From the sequence record NC_054905.1: a DNA stretch of 64,000 bases; one strand, 5' to 3'. The DNA comes from Enterobacteria phage Kha5h. The notes below the pieces were generated by a model. It did not search any database. It saw only the letters and a list, made by a program, of their open reading frames with translations, and had not been told where the DNA came from. Made by a program: the position numbers and the translations under genes. Below are positions 29,677 to 38,207 of this stretch, in pieces. The stretch's first letter is position 1. The number at the start of each line of letters is the position of its first letter.

Positions 29677-30314
29677 TGAATGAACCCCAATTACTAATTG
29701 AAACTTGGGGTCAACCTGGCGAAATTATTGATGGTGTGCCAATGCTTGAATCCCACGATGGAAAAGACTTAGGTTTAAAACCTGGTTTATACATCGAAGG
29801 AATATTCATGCAAGCGGAAGTCGTCAATAGAAATAAACGTCTTTATCCAAAACGCATATTAGAAAAAGCGGTAAAAGACTATATCAATGAGCAAGTTTTA
29901 ACTAAACAAGCTCTCGGAGAATTAAATCATCCTCCACGCGCTAATGTTGACCCGATGCAAGCCGCTATCATTATAGAAGATATGTGGTGGAAAGGAAATG
30001 ACGTATACGGACGAGCTCGTGTTATTGAAGGTGACCATGGTCCTGGAGATAAATTAGCAGCTAATATTCGTGCCGGATGGATTCCAGGAGTTTCTTCTCG
30101 TGGATTAGGTTCATTGACTGACACAAATAAAGGTTATCGTATCGTAAACGAAGGATTCAAATTAACTGTAGGTGTTGATGCAGTATGGGGTCCAAGTGCT
30201 CCAGATGCATGGGTAACTCCTAAGGAAATTACCGAATCACAGACGGCGGAAGCCGATACAAGTGCCGATGACGCCTATATGGCTCTCGCAGAGGCCATGA
30301 AAAAAGCGTTATAA
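29676..30314 (+). CDS. 21: gp21 prohead core scaffold protein and protease
   Basis: 212 aa. Confidence 0.93.
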   Translation: MNEPQLLIETWGQPGEIIDGVPMLESHDGKDLGLKPGLYIEGIFMQAEVVNRNKRLYPKRILEKAVKDYINEQVLTKQALGELNHPPRANVDPMQAAIIIEDMWWKGNDVYGRARVIEGDHGPGDKLAANIRAGWIPGVSSRGLGSLTDTNKGYRIVNEGFKLTVGVDAVWGPSAPDAWVTPKEITESQTAEADTSADDAYMALAEAMKKAL

Positions 30315-30344
30315 ATATTATTATCTAAACAACAGGACTACAAA

Positions 30345-31154
30345 ATGCTTAAAGAACAACTGATTGCCGAAGCGCAGAAAATTGATGCTTCCGTTGCTCT
30401 TGATAGTATTTTCGAATCAGTTAATATTTCTCCGGAAGCAAAAGAAACTTTCGGCACTGTATTCGAAGCTACCGTCAAGCAGCACGCCGTTAAATTAGCT
30501 GAATCTCATATCGCTAAAATTGCTGAAAAAGCAGAAGAAGAAGTAGAAAAAAATAAAGAAGAAGCCGAAGAAAAAGCTGAGAAGAAAATCGCTGAGCAAG
30601 CTTCTAAATTCATTGACCATCTTGCGAAAGAATGGCTCGCTGAAAATAAATTAGCAGTTGATAAAGGCATCAAAGCCGAACTGTTTGAATCCATGCTTGG
30701 TGGATTAAAAGAGCTCTTTGTTGAACACAACGTTGTTGTTCCAGAAGAATCAGTTGATGTTGTAGCTGAAATGGAAGAAGAGCTGCAAGAACATAAAGAA
30801 GAATCAGCTCGTCTGTTCGAAGAACTCAATAAGCGTGACGCATATATCAATTATGTGCAGCGTGAAGTGGCATTGAGCGAAAGTACTAAAGATCTGACTG
30901 AGTCTCAAAAAGAAAAAGTCTCTGCTCTGGTCGAAGGTATGGATTATTCAGATGAATTCTCAAGTAAATTGAGTGCCATCGTAGAAATGGTGAAGAAGTC
31001 TAATAAAGATGAAAGCACTATTACTGAGGGTATAAATACTCCTGATACTGAAGCAGCCGGACTGAATTTCGTCACTGAAGCTGTAGAAGATAAAGCTGCA
31101 CCTGGTGCAGAAGATATTGTAAGTGTATATGCGAAAGTCGCATCTCGTTTCTAA
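30345..31154 (+). CDS. 22: gp22 prohead core scaffold protein
   Basis: 269 aa; acidic coiled-coil; carries the gene 23 late promoter inside its 3' end. Confidence 0.93.
   Translation: MLKEQLIAEAQKIDASVALDSIFESVNISPEAKETFGTVFEATVKQHAVKLAESHIAKIAEKAEEEVEKNKEEAEEKAEKKIAEQASKFIDHLAKEWLAENKLAVDKGIKAELFESMLGGLKELFVEHNVVVPEESVDVVAEMEEELQEHKEESARLFEELNKRDAYINYVQREVALSESTKDLTESQKEKVSALVEGMDYSDEFSSKLSAIVEMVKKSNKDESTITEGINTPDTEAAGLNFVTEAVEDKAAPGAEDIVSVYAKVASRF
31031..31038 (+). promoter_or_regulatory. late promoter box for gene 23, inside the 3' end of gene 22
   Basis: TATAAATA within codons G-I-N-T of gp22, about 135 nt before the gene 23 ATG. Confidence 0.6.
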
Positions 31155-31172
31155 TTTTAAAGGTTAACACAA

Positions 31173-32738
31173 ATGACTATCAAAACTAAAGCTGAACTTT
31201 TGAACAAATGGAAACCATTACTGGAAGGTGAAGGTTTACCGGAAATTGCTAATAGCAAACAAGCGATTATCGCTAAAATCTTTGAAAACCAGGAAAAAGA
31301 TTTCCAGACAGCTCCGGAATATAAAGACGAAAAAATTGCTCAGGCATTCGGTTCTTTCTTAACAGAAGCTGAAATCGGTGGTGACCACGGTTACAATGCT
31401 ACCAACATCGCTGCAGGTCAGACTTCTGGCGCAGTAACTCAGATTGGCCCGGCTGTTATGGGTATGGTACGTCGTGCTATTCCTAACCTGATTGCTTTCG
31501 ATATTTGCGGTGTTCAACCGATGAGCAGCCCAACCGGTCAGGTATTCGCACTCCGCGCGGTATATGGTAAAGATCCGATCGCTGCCGGTGCTAAAGAAGC
31601 ATTCCACCCAATGTATGGTCCAGATGCAATGTTCTCTGGTCAGGGTGCTGCTAAGAAATTCCCAGCTCTGGCTGCTAGCACAGAAACTGTTGTAGGTGAC
31701 ATCTATACTCACTTCTTCCAGGAAACTGGTACTGTGTATCTGCAAGCTTCCGCTGTAGTAACAATCGATGCTAGTGCTAACGATGCAACTAAACTGGATG
31801 CTGAAATTAAGAAACAAATGGAAGCTGGTGTACTGGTAGAAATCGCTGAAGGTATGGCTACTTCTATCGCTGAACTCCAGGAAGGTTTCAATGGTTCTAC
31901 CGATAACCCGTGGAATGAAATGGGCTTCCGTATCGATAAACAAGTTATCGAAGCTAAATCTCGTCAGCTGAAAGCTGCTTACTCTATCGAATTAGCACAA
32001 GACCTCCGCGCTGTTCACGGTATGGATGCTGATGCTGAACTGTCTGGTATTCTGGCTACCGAAATCATGCTGGAAATCAACCGCGAAGTTGTTGATTGGA
32101 TTAACTACTCAGCTCAGGTTGGTAAATCTGGTATGACCCTGACTCCGGGTTCTAAAGCTGGTGTATTTGACTTCCAGGACCCAATCGATATTCGTGGTGC
32201 TCGCTGGGCAGGTGAATCCTTTAAAGCTCTGTTGTTCCAGATTGACAAAGAAGCAGTTGAAATTGCTCGTCAGACCGGTCGTGGTGAAGGTAACTTCATT
32301 ATCGCTTCCCGTAACGTAGTTAACGTTCTGGCTTCAGTTGATACTGGCATTTCTTATGCTGCACAGGGTCTGGCTACCGGCTTTAACACTGATACTACCA
32401 AGTCAGTATTTGCTGGTGTTCTGGGTGGTAAATACCGTGTATATATCGACCAGTATGCTAAACAGGATTATTTCACTGTAGGTTATAAAGGTCCGAACGA
32501 AATGGATGCTGGTATTTACTATGCTCCATATGTAGCTCTGACTCCGCTGCGTGGTTCCGATCCGAAGAACTTCCAACCAGTAATGGGATTCAAAACTCGT
32601 TACGGTATCGGTATCAACCCATTTGCAGAATCCGCTGCTCAGGCTCCGGCTTCTCGCATCCAGAGCGGTATGCCTTCTATTCTGAATAGCCTTGGTAAAA
32701 ACGCTTACTTCCGCCGTGTATATGTTAAAGGTATCTAA
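31173..32738 (+). CDS. 23: gp23 major capsid protein
   Basis: 521 aa; high-expression codon usage visible in the sequence. Confidence 0.97.
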   Translation: MTIKTKAELLNKWKPLLEGEGLPEIANSKQAIIAKIFENQEKDFQTAPEYKDEKIAQAFGSFLTEAEIGGDHGYNATNIAAGQTSGAVTQIGPAVMGMVRRAIPNLIAFDICGVQPMSSPTGQVFALRAVYGKDPIAAGAKEAFHPMYGPDAMFSGQGAAKKFPALAASTETVVGDIYTHFFQETGTVYLQASAVVTIDASANDATKLDAEIKKQMEAGVLVEIAEGMATSIAELQEGFNGSTDNPWNEMGFRIDKQVIEAKSRQLKAAYSIELAQDLRAVHGMDADAELSGILATEIMLEINREVVDWINYSAQVGKSGMTLTPGSKAGVFDFQDPIDIRGARWAGESFKALLFQIDKEAVEIARQTGRGEGNFIIASRNVVNVLASVDTGISYAAQGLATGFNTDTTKSVFAGVLGGKYRVYIDQYAKQDYFTVGYKGPNEMDAGIYYAPYVALTPLRGSDPKNFQPVMGFKTRYGIGINPFAESAAQAPASRIQSGMPSILNSLGKNAYFRRVYVKGI

Positions 32739-32753
32739 TCTTTGACGATTTAA

Positions 32754-32783
32754 GGGACCTTCGGGTCCCTTTAGTTGTTTTTA
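32754..32783 (+). terminator. intrinsic terminator after gene 23
   Basis: GGGACC-TTCG-GGTCCC hairpin followed by TTTAGTTGTTTTTA. Confidence 0.7.
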
Positions 32784-32786
32784 TGG

Positions 32787-32794
32787 TATAAATA
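32787..32794 (+). promoter_or_regulatory. late promoter box for gene 24
   Basis: TATAAATA 27 nt before the gene 24 ATG, downstream of the gene 23 terminator. Confidence 0.65.
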
Positions 32795-32821
32795 AATCAT
32801 ATAAACCAAAAGGAAAGCGCA

Positions 32822-34105
32822 ATGGCTAAAATCAACGAACTTCTGCGCGAATCAACCACAACGAATAGCAACTCAATCGGTCGCCCAAATCTCGTTGCTT
32901 TGACTCGCGCTACCACTAAATTAATATATTCTGACATTGTAGCAACGCAAAGAACTAATCAACCTGTTGCTGCTTTTTATGGTATCAAATACCTTAACCC
33001 AGACAATGAATTTACATTTAAAACTGGTGCTACTTATGCTGGCGAAGCTGGATATGTAGACCGAGAACAAATCACAGAATTAACAGAAGAGTCTAAATTA
33101 ACTCTCAATAAAGGCGATTTATTCAAATATAATAATATCGTTTATAAAGTATTAGAAGATACACCATTTGCTGATATTGAAGAAAGTGATTTAGAATTAG
33201 CTCTTCAGATTGCAATTGTTCTTTTAAAGGTTCGTCTATTTTCTGACGCAGCGTCAACAAGCAAATTTGAAAGCTCTGATAGTGAAATTGCGGATGCTAG
33301 ATTCCAGATTAATAAATGGCAAACCGCAGTTAAATCTCGTAAACTTAAAACTGGCATCACAGTTGAATTAGCGCAAGATTTAGAAGCAAATGGATTCGAT
33401 GCTCCTAATTTCTTGGAAGATTTGCTTGCAACTGAAATGGCAGATGAAATCAATAAAGATATTCTGCAATCTTTGATTACAGTATCAAAACGCTATAAAG
33501 TTACAGGAATTACTGATACTGGATTCATTGATTTGAGTTATGCATCTGCACCTGAAGCTGGTCGTTCATTATACCGAATGGTGTGTGAAATGGTTTCGCA
33601 TATCCAAAAAGAATCAACTTATACTGCAACGTTCTGTGTTGCTTCAGCTCGTGCCGCTGCGATTCTTGCTGCATCAGGTTGGTTAAAACATAAACCAGAA
33701 GATGACAAATATCTTTCACAAAATGCCTACGGGTTCTTAGCTAATGGTTTACCGCTTTATTGTGATACCAACAGCCCATTAGATTATGTAATCGTTGGCG
33801 TAGTAGAAAATATCGGTGAAAAAGAAATTGTTGGATCAATTTTCTATGCTCCGTATACAGAAGGTCTCGACTTAGATGACCCTGAACATGTAGGTGCATT
33901 TAAAGTTGTAGTTGATCCAGAAAGCTTACAGCCGTCTATCGGTTTATTAGTTAGATATGCTTTATCAGCAAATCCTTATACCGTAGCAAAAGATGAAAAA
34001 GAAGCAAGAATAATTGACGGTGGAGACATGGATAAAATGGCGGGTCGTTCAGATTTGTCTGTTTTATTAGGTGTTAAATTACCAAAAATTATTATTGATG
34101 AATAA
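32822..34105 (+). CDS. 24: gp24 head vertex protein
   Basis: 427 aa; gp23 paralog position. Confidence 0.95.
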   Translation: MAKINELLRESTTTNSNSIGRPNLVALTRATTKLIYSDIVATQRTNQPVAAFYGIKYLNPDNEFTFKTGATYAGEAGYVDREQITELTEESKLTLNKGDLFKYNNIVYKVLEDTPFADIEESDLELALQIAIVLLKVRLFSDAASTSKFESSDSEIADARFQINKWQTAVKSRKLKTGITVELAQDLEANGFDAPNFLEDLLATEMADEINKDILQSLITVSKRYKVTGITDTGFIDLSYASAPEAGRSLYRMVCEMVSHIQKESTYTATFCVASARAAAILAASGWLKHKPEDDKYLSQNAYGFLANGLPLYCDTNSPLDYVIVGVVENIGEKEIVGSIFYAPYTEGLDLDDPEHVGAFKVVVDPESLQPSIGLLVRYALSANPYTVAKDEKEARIIDGGDMDKMAGRSDLSVLLGVKLPKIIIDE

Positions 34106-34111
34106 AACAAA

Positions 34112-34133
34112 GGGACCTTTCGGTCCCTTTTTA
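34112..34133. terminator. bidirectional terminator between gene 24 (plus) and rnlB (minus)
   Basis: GGGACC-TTTC-GGTCCC hairpin flanked by AACAAA upstream and TTTTTAT downstream. Confidence 0.7.
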
Positions 34134-34134
34134 T

Positions 34135-35139
34135 TTAGCTCACCAACTCAATCCAAGCTGGACGAAGTACATCTTGCACCATTTTAACTAATTCCTTTTT
34201 AATCAAAGAAGGATTATCTGCTTGAGTTAAAGTAATACCTTCACGAGAAGTTTCTTCCAAAATATCTTGAACAGTTAGCCCCATCACCTTTCCAAAATCC
34301 TTTGGACCAATTTCACCAATTTTAGAAATAACGTTATTTACTCGGTTTAGTGTAACGTAACAAGCTAAAATCCCCACCAATTTGTTATCAGCTTCTGACA
34401 GTTCAACTTTAGCTTTAATAGGCTTATCAGACTTTTTCTTTTCACTAAATTTAGAATTCTTACATTTGATGGCTACACGATTGCGATTAGGCAGCCAAGA
34501 AGGATAACAAGGTTTCAATACATATCCTTCAGCGGTAAATACTTCGCCTTTGGCTTCAGCTTTCCAAACACATTTGTTAGCGTCAATTAAACCTGCATTA
34601 TCTACGGTAAAATTATAAGACGGAACAACAGAATCCAAATCATTTGGAAGTTTAATAAGATCTTCAAATTTACCACGACCCAAAAGTGGAGCGATTTTAA
34701 ACCCAAATGAATTACAAAACGATTCCATCATGTAATCATCAACATAAGTTACATCGCCACTTTCTGTAGTGACAATAATGTCAAATACATAAAAATCTTT
34801 ATCGCCATAATCAACATTCTTCTGAATGCCAGGTCCAGCGAATTCGCCAAAGACTTGATAAGATACAACCGCTGAGGTTTCCATAATATCTTGTACTGCT
34901 TTAATGGAATCAGCATAATTCTTTAAAATAATTTCATACCCAAAGAAATCTTCAGCAGGAAGAATAGGACCAGTACGTTTAGCGCAAGTTACTTTATCAC
35001 GCTCAATAATCAATGAGAAATTTGTGCCGTGAATCTTTTCACGAGCTACCCATTCGCCGCCAGTCAATCCCAGGCTATAAAGTTTTTCAATAAATTTAGA
35101 GTTGTAATGATTTTCAAGACTGCTATACTTTTTAAACAT
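34135..35139 (-). CDS. rnlB: RNA ligase 2 (Rnl2)
   Basis: 334 aa; nucleotidyltransferase lysine motif EKIHGTN near the N-terminus. Confidence 0.9.
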   Translation of the reverse strand: MFKKYSSLENHYNSKFIEKLYSLGLTGGEWVAREKIHGTNFSLIIERDKVTCAKRTGPILPAEDFFGYEIILKNYADSIKAVQDIMETSAVVSYQVFGEFAGPGIQKNVDYGDKDFYVFDIIVTTESGDVTYVDDYMMESFCNSFGFKIAPLLGRGKFEDLIKLPNDLDSVVPSYNFTVDNAGLIDANKCVWKAEAKGEVFTAEGYVLKPCYPSWLPNRNRVAIKCKNSKFSEKKKSDKPIKAKVELSEADNKLVGILACYVTLNRVNNVISKIGEIGPKDFGKVMGLTVQDILEETSREGITLTQADNPSLIKKELVKMVQDVLRPAWIELVS

Positions 35140-35148
35140 AATTAATCC

Positions 35149-35427
35149 TCAAAATGTAATTTCTAACCAATCACCATCACGCTGATCACTATTGACTTTA
35201 AAATTAAATCCTTCTTTTCTCAGCCAATCACCAATTTCTTCAGTAATCAATTTATCGCGAGCAGTACAATAATAACTAAAATATGTTTTACCTTGTTCAG
35301 CTGCTTTATTAGCAAGTTCTGAAAAATCTTTAATAAAACACTCTAGCTTAAACTGTTTACTTTTGAATGCTTTTTCGCGTAATTGATTAGCAAAAGATTC
35401 ATTTTCATAAAGATCATACTGTTCCAT
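35149..35427 (-). CDS. hypothetical protein (position of T4 24.2)
   Basis: 92 aa track ORF between rnlB and hoc. Confidence 0.5.
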   Translation of the reverse strand: MEQYDLYENESFANQLREKAFKSKQFKLECFIKDFSELANKAAEQGKTYFSYYCTARDKLITEEIGDWLRKEGFNFKVNSDQRDGDWLEITF

Positions 35428-35629
35428 TTTTCACCTTTTTATTGATATGTCTTTTTCTATAGACAACTTTTTCTCGAGTTTCAAATTTATTCTTAGCAGT
35501 CATAGCTCGAGCCCATAATACAGCCACTTCTTTCGCCTGTAAATTTAATTCACGAGCAATTTCAATGAATGACTTTCCAGACTCATGAAGAGTAAACACC
35601 ACAACCTCAGTTCTCATAATTAATCTCAT
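35414..35629 (-). CDS. small helix-turn-helix protein (position of T4 24.3)
   Basis: 71 aa; HTH-like segment GKSFIEIARELNLQAKEVAVLWARA; basic C-terminus. Confidence 0.5.
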   Translation of the reverse strand: MRLIMRTEVVVFTLHESGKSFIEIARELNLQAKEVAVLWARAMTAKNKFETREKVVYRKRHINKKVKNGTV

Positions 35630-35696
35630 GTTATCGAGTTGGTGCCATTATATACATCATTTTCTGATTGTGTTTTGTGTGCTTTCAAAATGAAGA

Positions 35697-35712
35697 AAGG
35701 GGCCGAAGCCCC
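35697..35712 (-). terminator. hairpin downstream of hoc
   Basis: AGGGGC-CGAA-GCCCCT read on plus; on the minus strand it is followed by a U-rich UCUUCAUUUUG. Confidence 0.5.
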
Positions 35713-35717
35713 TACGA

Positions 35718-36848
35718 TTATGGATAGGTATAGATGATACCAGTTTCTAAAGCAGTTTTGTGAATGATGTATCCATTACGCGATTCTTGGACATCAACTT
35801 CTGGATAATCTTTCATCATCTTCTGAAGAGTGTAACGATGCAGGTAGTATTTACTATCTGGATCTTCAGTTTTCCAATCTTTACCTTCTTCAGTCATTTT
35901 TTGAATTTCATCCATAACCCACCAACCGCACCAGATGTAAGCTGAGCTACGGTGTGGAAGAGGATGAACATAAGGTAATTCACCTTCTGGTTCCGGAGCA
36001 ACTTTATCAGTTACCTGAACTTGACCTTCTGCTGTAATAGTTTTGCTATCATAGTCATCTGCAGTAACGACGGCAGTCACTTCAATAGTTTGACTTCCAA
36101 CAGATGAAGTATCAACGGTATATACATTAGTTGACCCTTCTACAGGAGAAGAATCTTTCTTCCATGAATACGCAATTTGCGCTTCTTCTGGAGCATCAGT
36201 GACATTAGCGGTAAATGTAGCCGAAGCATCTTGTTGAACGTTAATAGAAGGAGGAGTCAATGTAACCTGCGGATTCATTGTCTTCTTATTAACTGTTAAT
36301 GATACTTCATTAGAAGTAACTTCCTTTGCATCATAATCTGTCGCGGTTACTTGAGCCACACACTTAATTGTTTTAACTCCGCTTGTGGTAGGAGTGTAAT
36401 TGAATGTAGTAGAAGTTGCTTCGCCTACAGGAGAACCGTCAACGTGCCATTGATACGTAGCAGATGCGCCTGGTGGTTGAGAAGCTAAGGCAGCAGTAAA
36501 TTGAACTGGGGTTCCAATTACTCCAGCTGAAGGACTATCGGGAGTTACTGCCAAGGTAGTCGTCTGTGTCTTATTTTGAACTGTGATAGTTGTAGTAGCT
36601 TCTGCTGTTTCAGCTTCAGCTTCTGGAACTGTATTTGTTGCAACTACTTTAATAGTCTTTTGACCGGCAGGTCCCTTTAGTACATAACTAAAAGTTGCTT
36701 CAGCTCCATCTTGTGGAACATCATCTACAGTCCAAGCATATGTAATAGGTCCATCTCCAGTTTGACCACTGGGTGTAGCAGTAAACTGCTGAGTCTGATC
36801 TATAACTCCAGTAGGTGTTTTAGGAGTTATATCAACTGTAAAAGCCAT
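35718..36848 (-). CDS. hoc: Hoc, highly immunogenic outer capsid protein (Ig-like domains)
   Basis: 376 aa; repeated T/V-rich beta-sandwich segments; terminator hairpin downstream. Confidence 0.92.
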   Translation of the reverse strand: MAFTVDITPKTPTGVIDQTQQFTATPSGQTGDGPITYAWTVDDVPQDGAEATFSYVLKGPAGQKTIKVVATNTVPEAEAETAEATTTITVQNKTQTTTLAVTPDSPSAGVIGTPVQFTAALASQPPGASATYQWHVDGSPVGEATSTTFNYTPTTSGVKTIKCVAQVTATDYDAKEVTSNEVSLTVNKKTMNPQVTLTPPSINVQQDASATFTANVTDAPEEAQIAYSWKKDSSPVEGSTNVYTVDTSSVGSQTIEVTAVVTADDYDSKTITAEGQVQVTDKVAPEPEGELPYVHPLPHRSSAYIWCGWWVMDEIQKMTEEGKDWKTEDPDSKYYLHRYTLQKMMKDYPEVDVQESRNGYIIHKTALETGIIYTYP

Positions 36849-36857
36849 AAGTTATCC

Positions 36858-37538
36858 TTATTTTAATGTTACGAAAGAAGAATTGCGTGTTTCACGAATT
36901 AAAACTGATCCGTCACGGTTAATGTAATAAATTAAGCTAAATAAAGTTTGGTGTGCTGATGCATGCTCAAAACTAGTTGGGTGAGATTTCCAATCCGGAG
37001 TTTCAGCAATCCATTGATAAATCCACCAAGGAACAGTGCAGAATCCTGGATTTTTTCCAATCAGCTGAAGATTTGGGCTAAAGTTTTCCGGAAGAGTAAA
37101 TACAGACGGCTTTTCAGATTCAATAATCTCAGCTACAGCCTGTTCAAATTTTTCTTCAACAAAAGGAGTATCTTCAATCAAAACATCGGTATTTTCAGGA
37201 ATTTTATCCTTTTCTACTACTTCAATTTTAATGTCAGATTTAACCGGAGAATCAATCAGAAGTGCTGCTTCTGGATTGACTTCTTCATCGTCATATTTTA
37301 ATCCCTCTGCGGCATCAGCAGCATCAATTAAGTCTTTAATAGATAACCCATCAGTCTCTGGCATAGGTTCACTAGCAAGCTTCTGGAGGGCTTCTTCAAT
37401 ATCAACAACGATATTATCAAAAGATTTATTCTTTTTGACCTTTATACCAAACTGTTCAGCATATTCAGCTAATTTAGCTTTAGCTTCTTTATTATCATCA
37501 AGAGCCTTCAGCTCTGCAATATAATCTTTATCTATCAT
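36858..37538 (-). CDS. inh: Inh, inhibitor of prohead protease gp21
   Basis: 226 aa; T4 order hoc-inh-segE. Confidence 0.85.
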   Translation of the reverse strand: MIDKDYIAELKALDDNKEAKAKLAEYAEQFGIKVKKNKSFDNIVVDIEEALQKLASEPMPETDGLSIKDLIDAADAAEGLKYDDEEVNPEAALLIDSPVKSDIKIEVVEKDKIPENTDVLIEDTPFVEEKFEQAVAEIIESEKPSVFTLPENFSPNLQLIGKNPGFCTVPWWIYQWIAETPDWKSHPTSFEHASAHQTLFSLIYYINRDGSVLIRETRNSSFVTLK

Positions 37539-37551
37539 AATATTTCCTCAG

Positions 37552-37559
37552 TATAAATA
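37552..37559 (+). promoter_or_regulatory. late promoter box upstream of segE
   Basis: TATAAATA 28 nt before the segE ATG in the inh/segE divergent region. Confidence 0.5.
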
Positions 37560-37587
37560 TAGATATATTTATTACTCGGAAAATAGT

Positions 37588-38205
37588 ATGTACCACTTTG
37601 TATATGAAACAACAAATCTAATAAATGGTAAAAAGTATATAGGAAAACACTCTACTGATGACTTGAATGATGGTTACCTTGGTTCCGGTAAGGCAATTCA
37701 GCAGGCTATAAAGAAATATGGTGAAAACAATTTCTCTAGAACAATACTAAAAGAGTTTAAAACTTCCGAAGAAGCGTACATGTATGAAGAAGAAATTATA
37801 ACTCCTGAACTAATAAAAAGCAAAAATTATTATAATATGAAACCTGGTGGAATTGGTGGAATTGTTATGACTACAGAGGTTATAGCAAAGATGAAAGAAT
37901 CTTCCGCTAAAAGATTTGAAAACTCACCAGGCACGGTATTAGGTAAAACTTGTTACACTAATGGAACTAAAAATATTTTTATTAAACCTGGAGAACTTGT
38001 TCCAGAAGGATTTGTAAAAGGGATGGTTCATCCTAATAGAAAGTCCAGAAAAGGATGTAAAGTCAAACCGACTACCACAGGAACTTTTTGGGTCAATAAT
38101 GGTGCAATAAATAAATTAATACAACCAGACGGTATTATTCCCGACGGATTTATTAAAGGTCGTCTCATGAAAAGAGATTCTAAAGGCAAATTTAGTAAGG
38201 CATAA
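37588..38205 (+). CDS. segE: SegE GIY-YIG homing endonuclease
   Basis: 205 aa; GIY-YIG motif FVYETTNLINGKKYIGKH; free-standing between inh and uvsW. Confidence 0.88.
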   Translation: MYHFVYETTNLINGKKYIGKHSTDDLNDGYLGSGKAIQQAIKKYGENNFSRTILKEFKTSEEAYMYEEEIITPELIKSKNYYNMKPGGIGGIVMTTEVIAKMKESSAKRFENSPGTVLGKTCYTNGTKNIFIKPGELVPEGFVKGMVHPNRKSRKGCKVKPTTTGTFWVNNGAINKLIQPDGIIPDGFIKGRLMKRDSKGKFSKA

Positions 38206-38207
38206 TT

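Noticed and set aside
30506-30850. 114-aa Ser-rich minus-strand ORF inside gene 22
   Set aside because: Antisense to the strongly supported scaffold gene 22; low-complexity translation of the acidic coiled-coil coding sequence.
31359-31943. 194-aa minus-strand ORF (and a nested 60-aa ORF) inside gene 23
   Set aside because: Antisense to the major capsid protein gene; no Shine-Dalgarno or promoter; shadow ORF.
36963-37524. Plus-strand ORFs of 112 and 97 aa inside inh
   Set aside because: Antisense to inh, low-complexity sequence, no translation signals.
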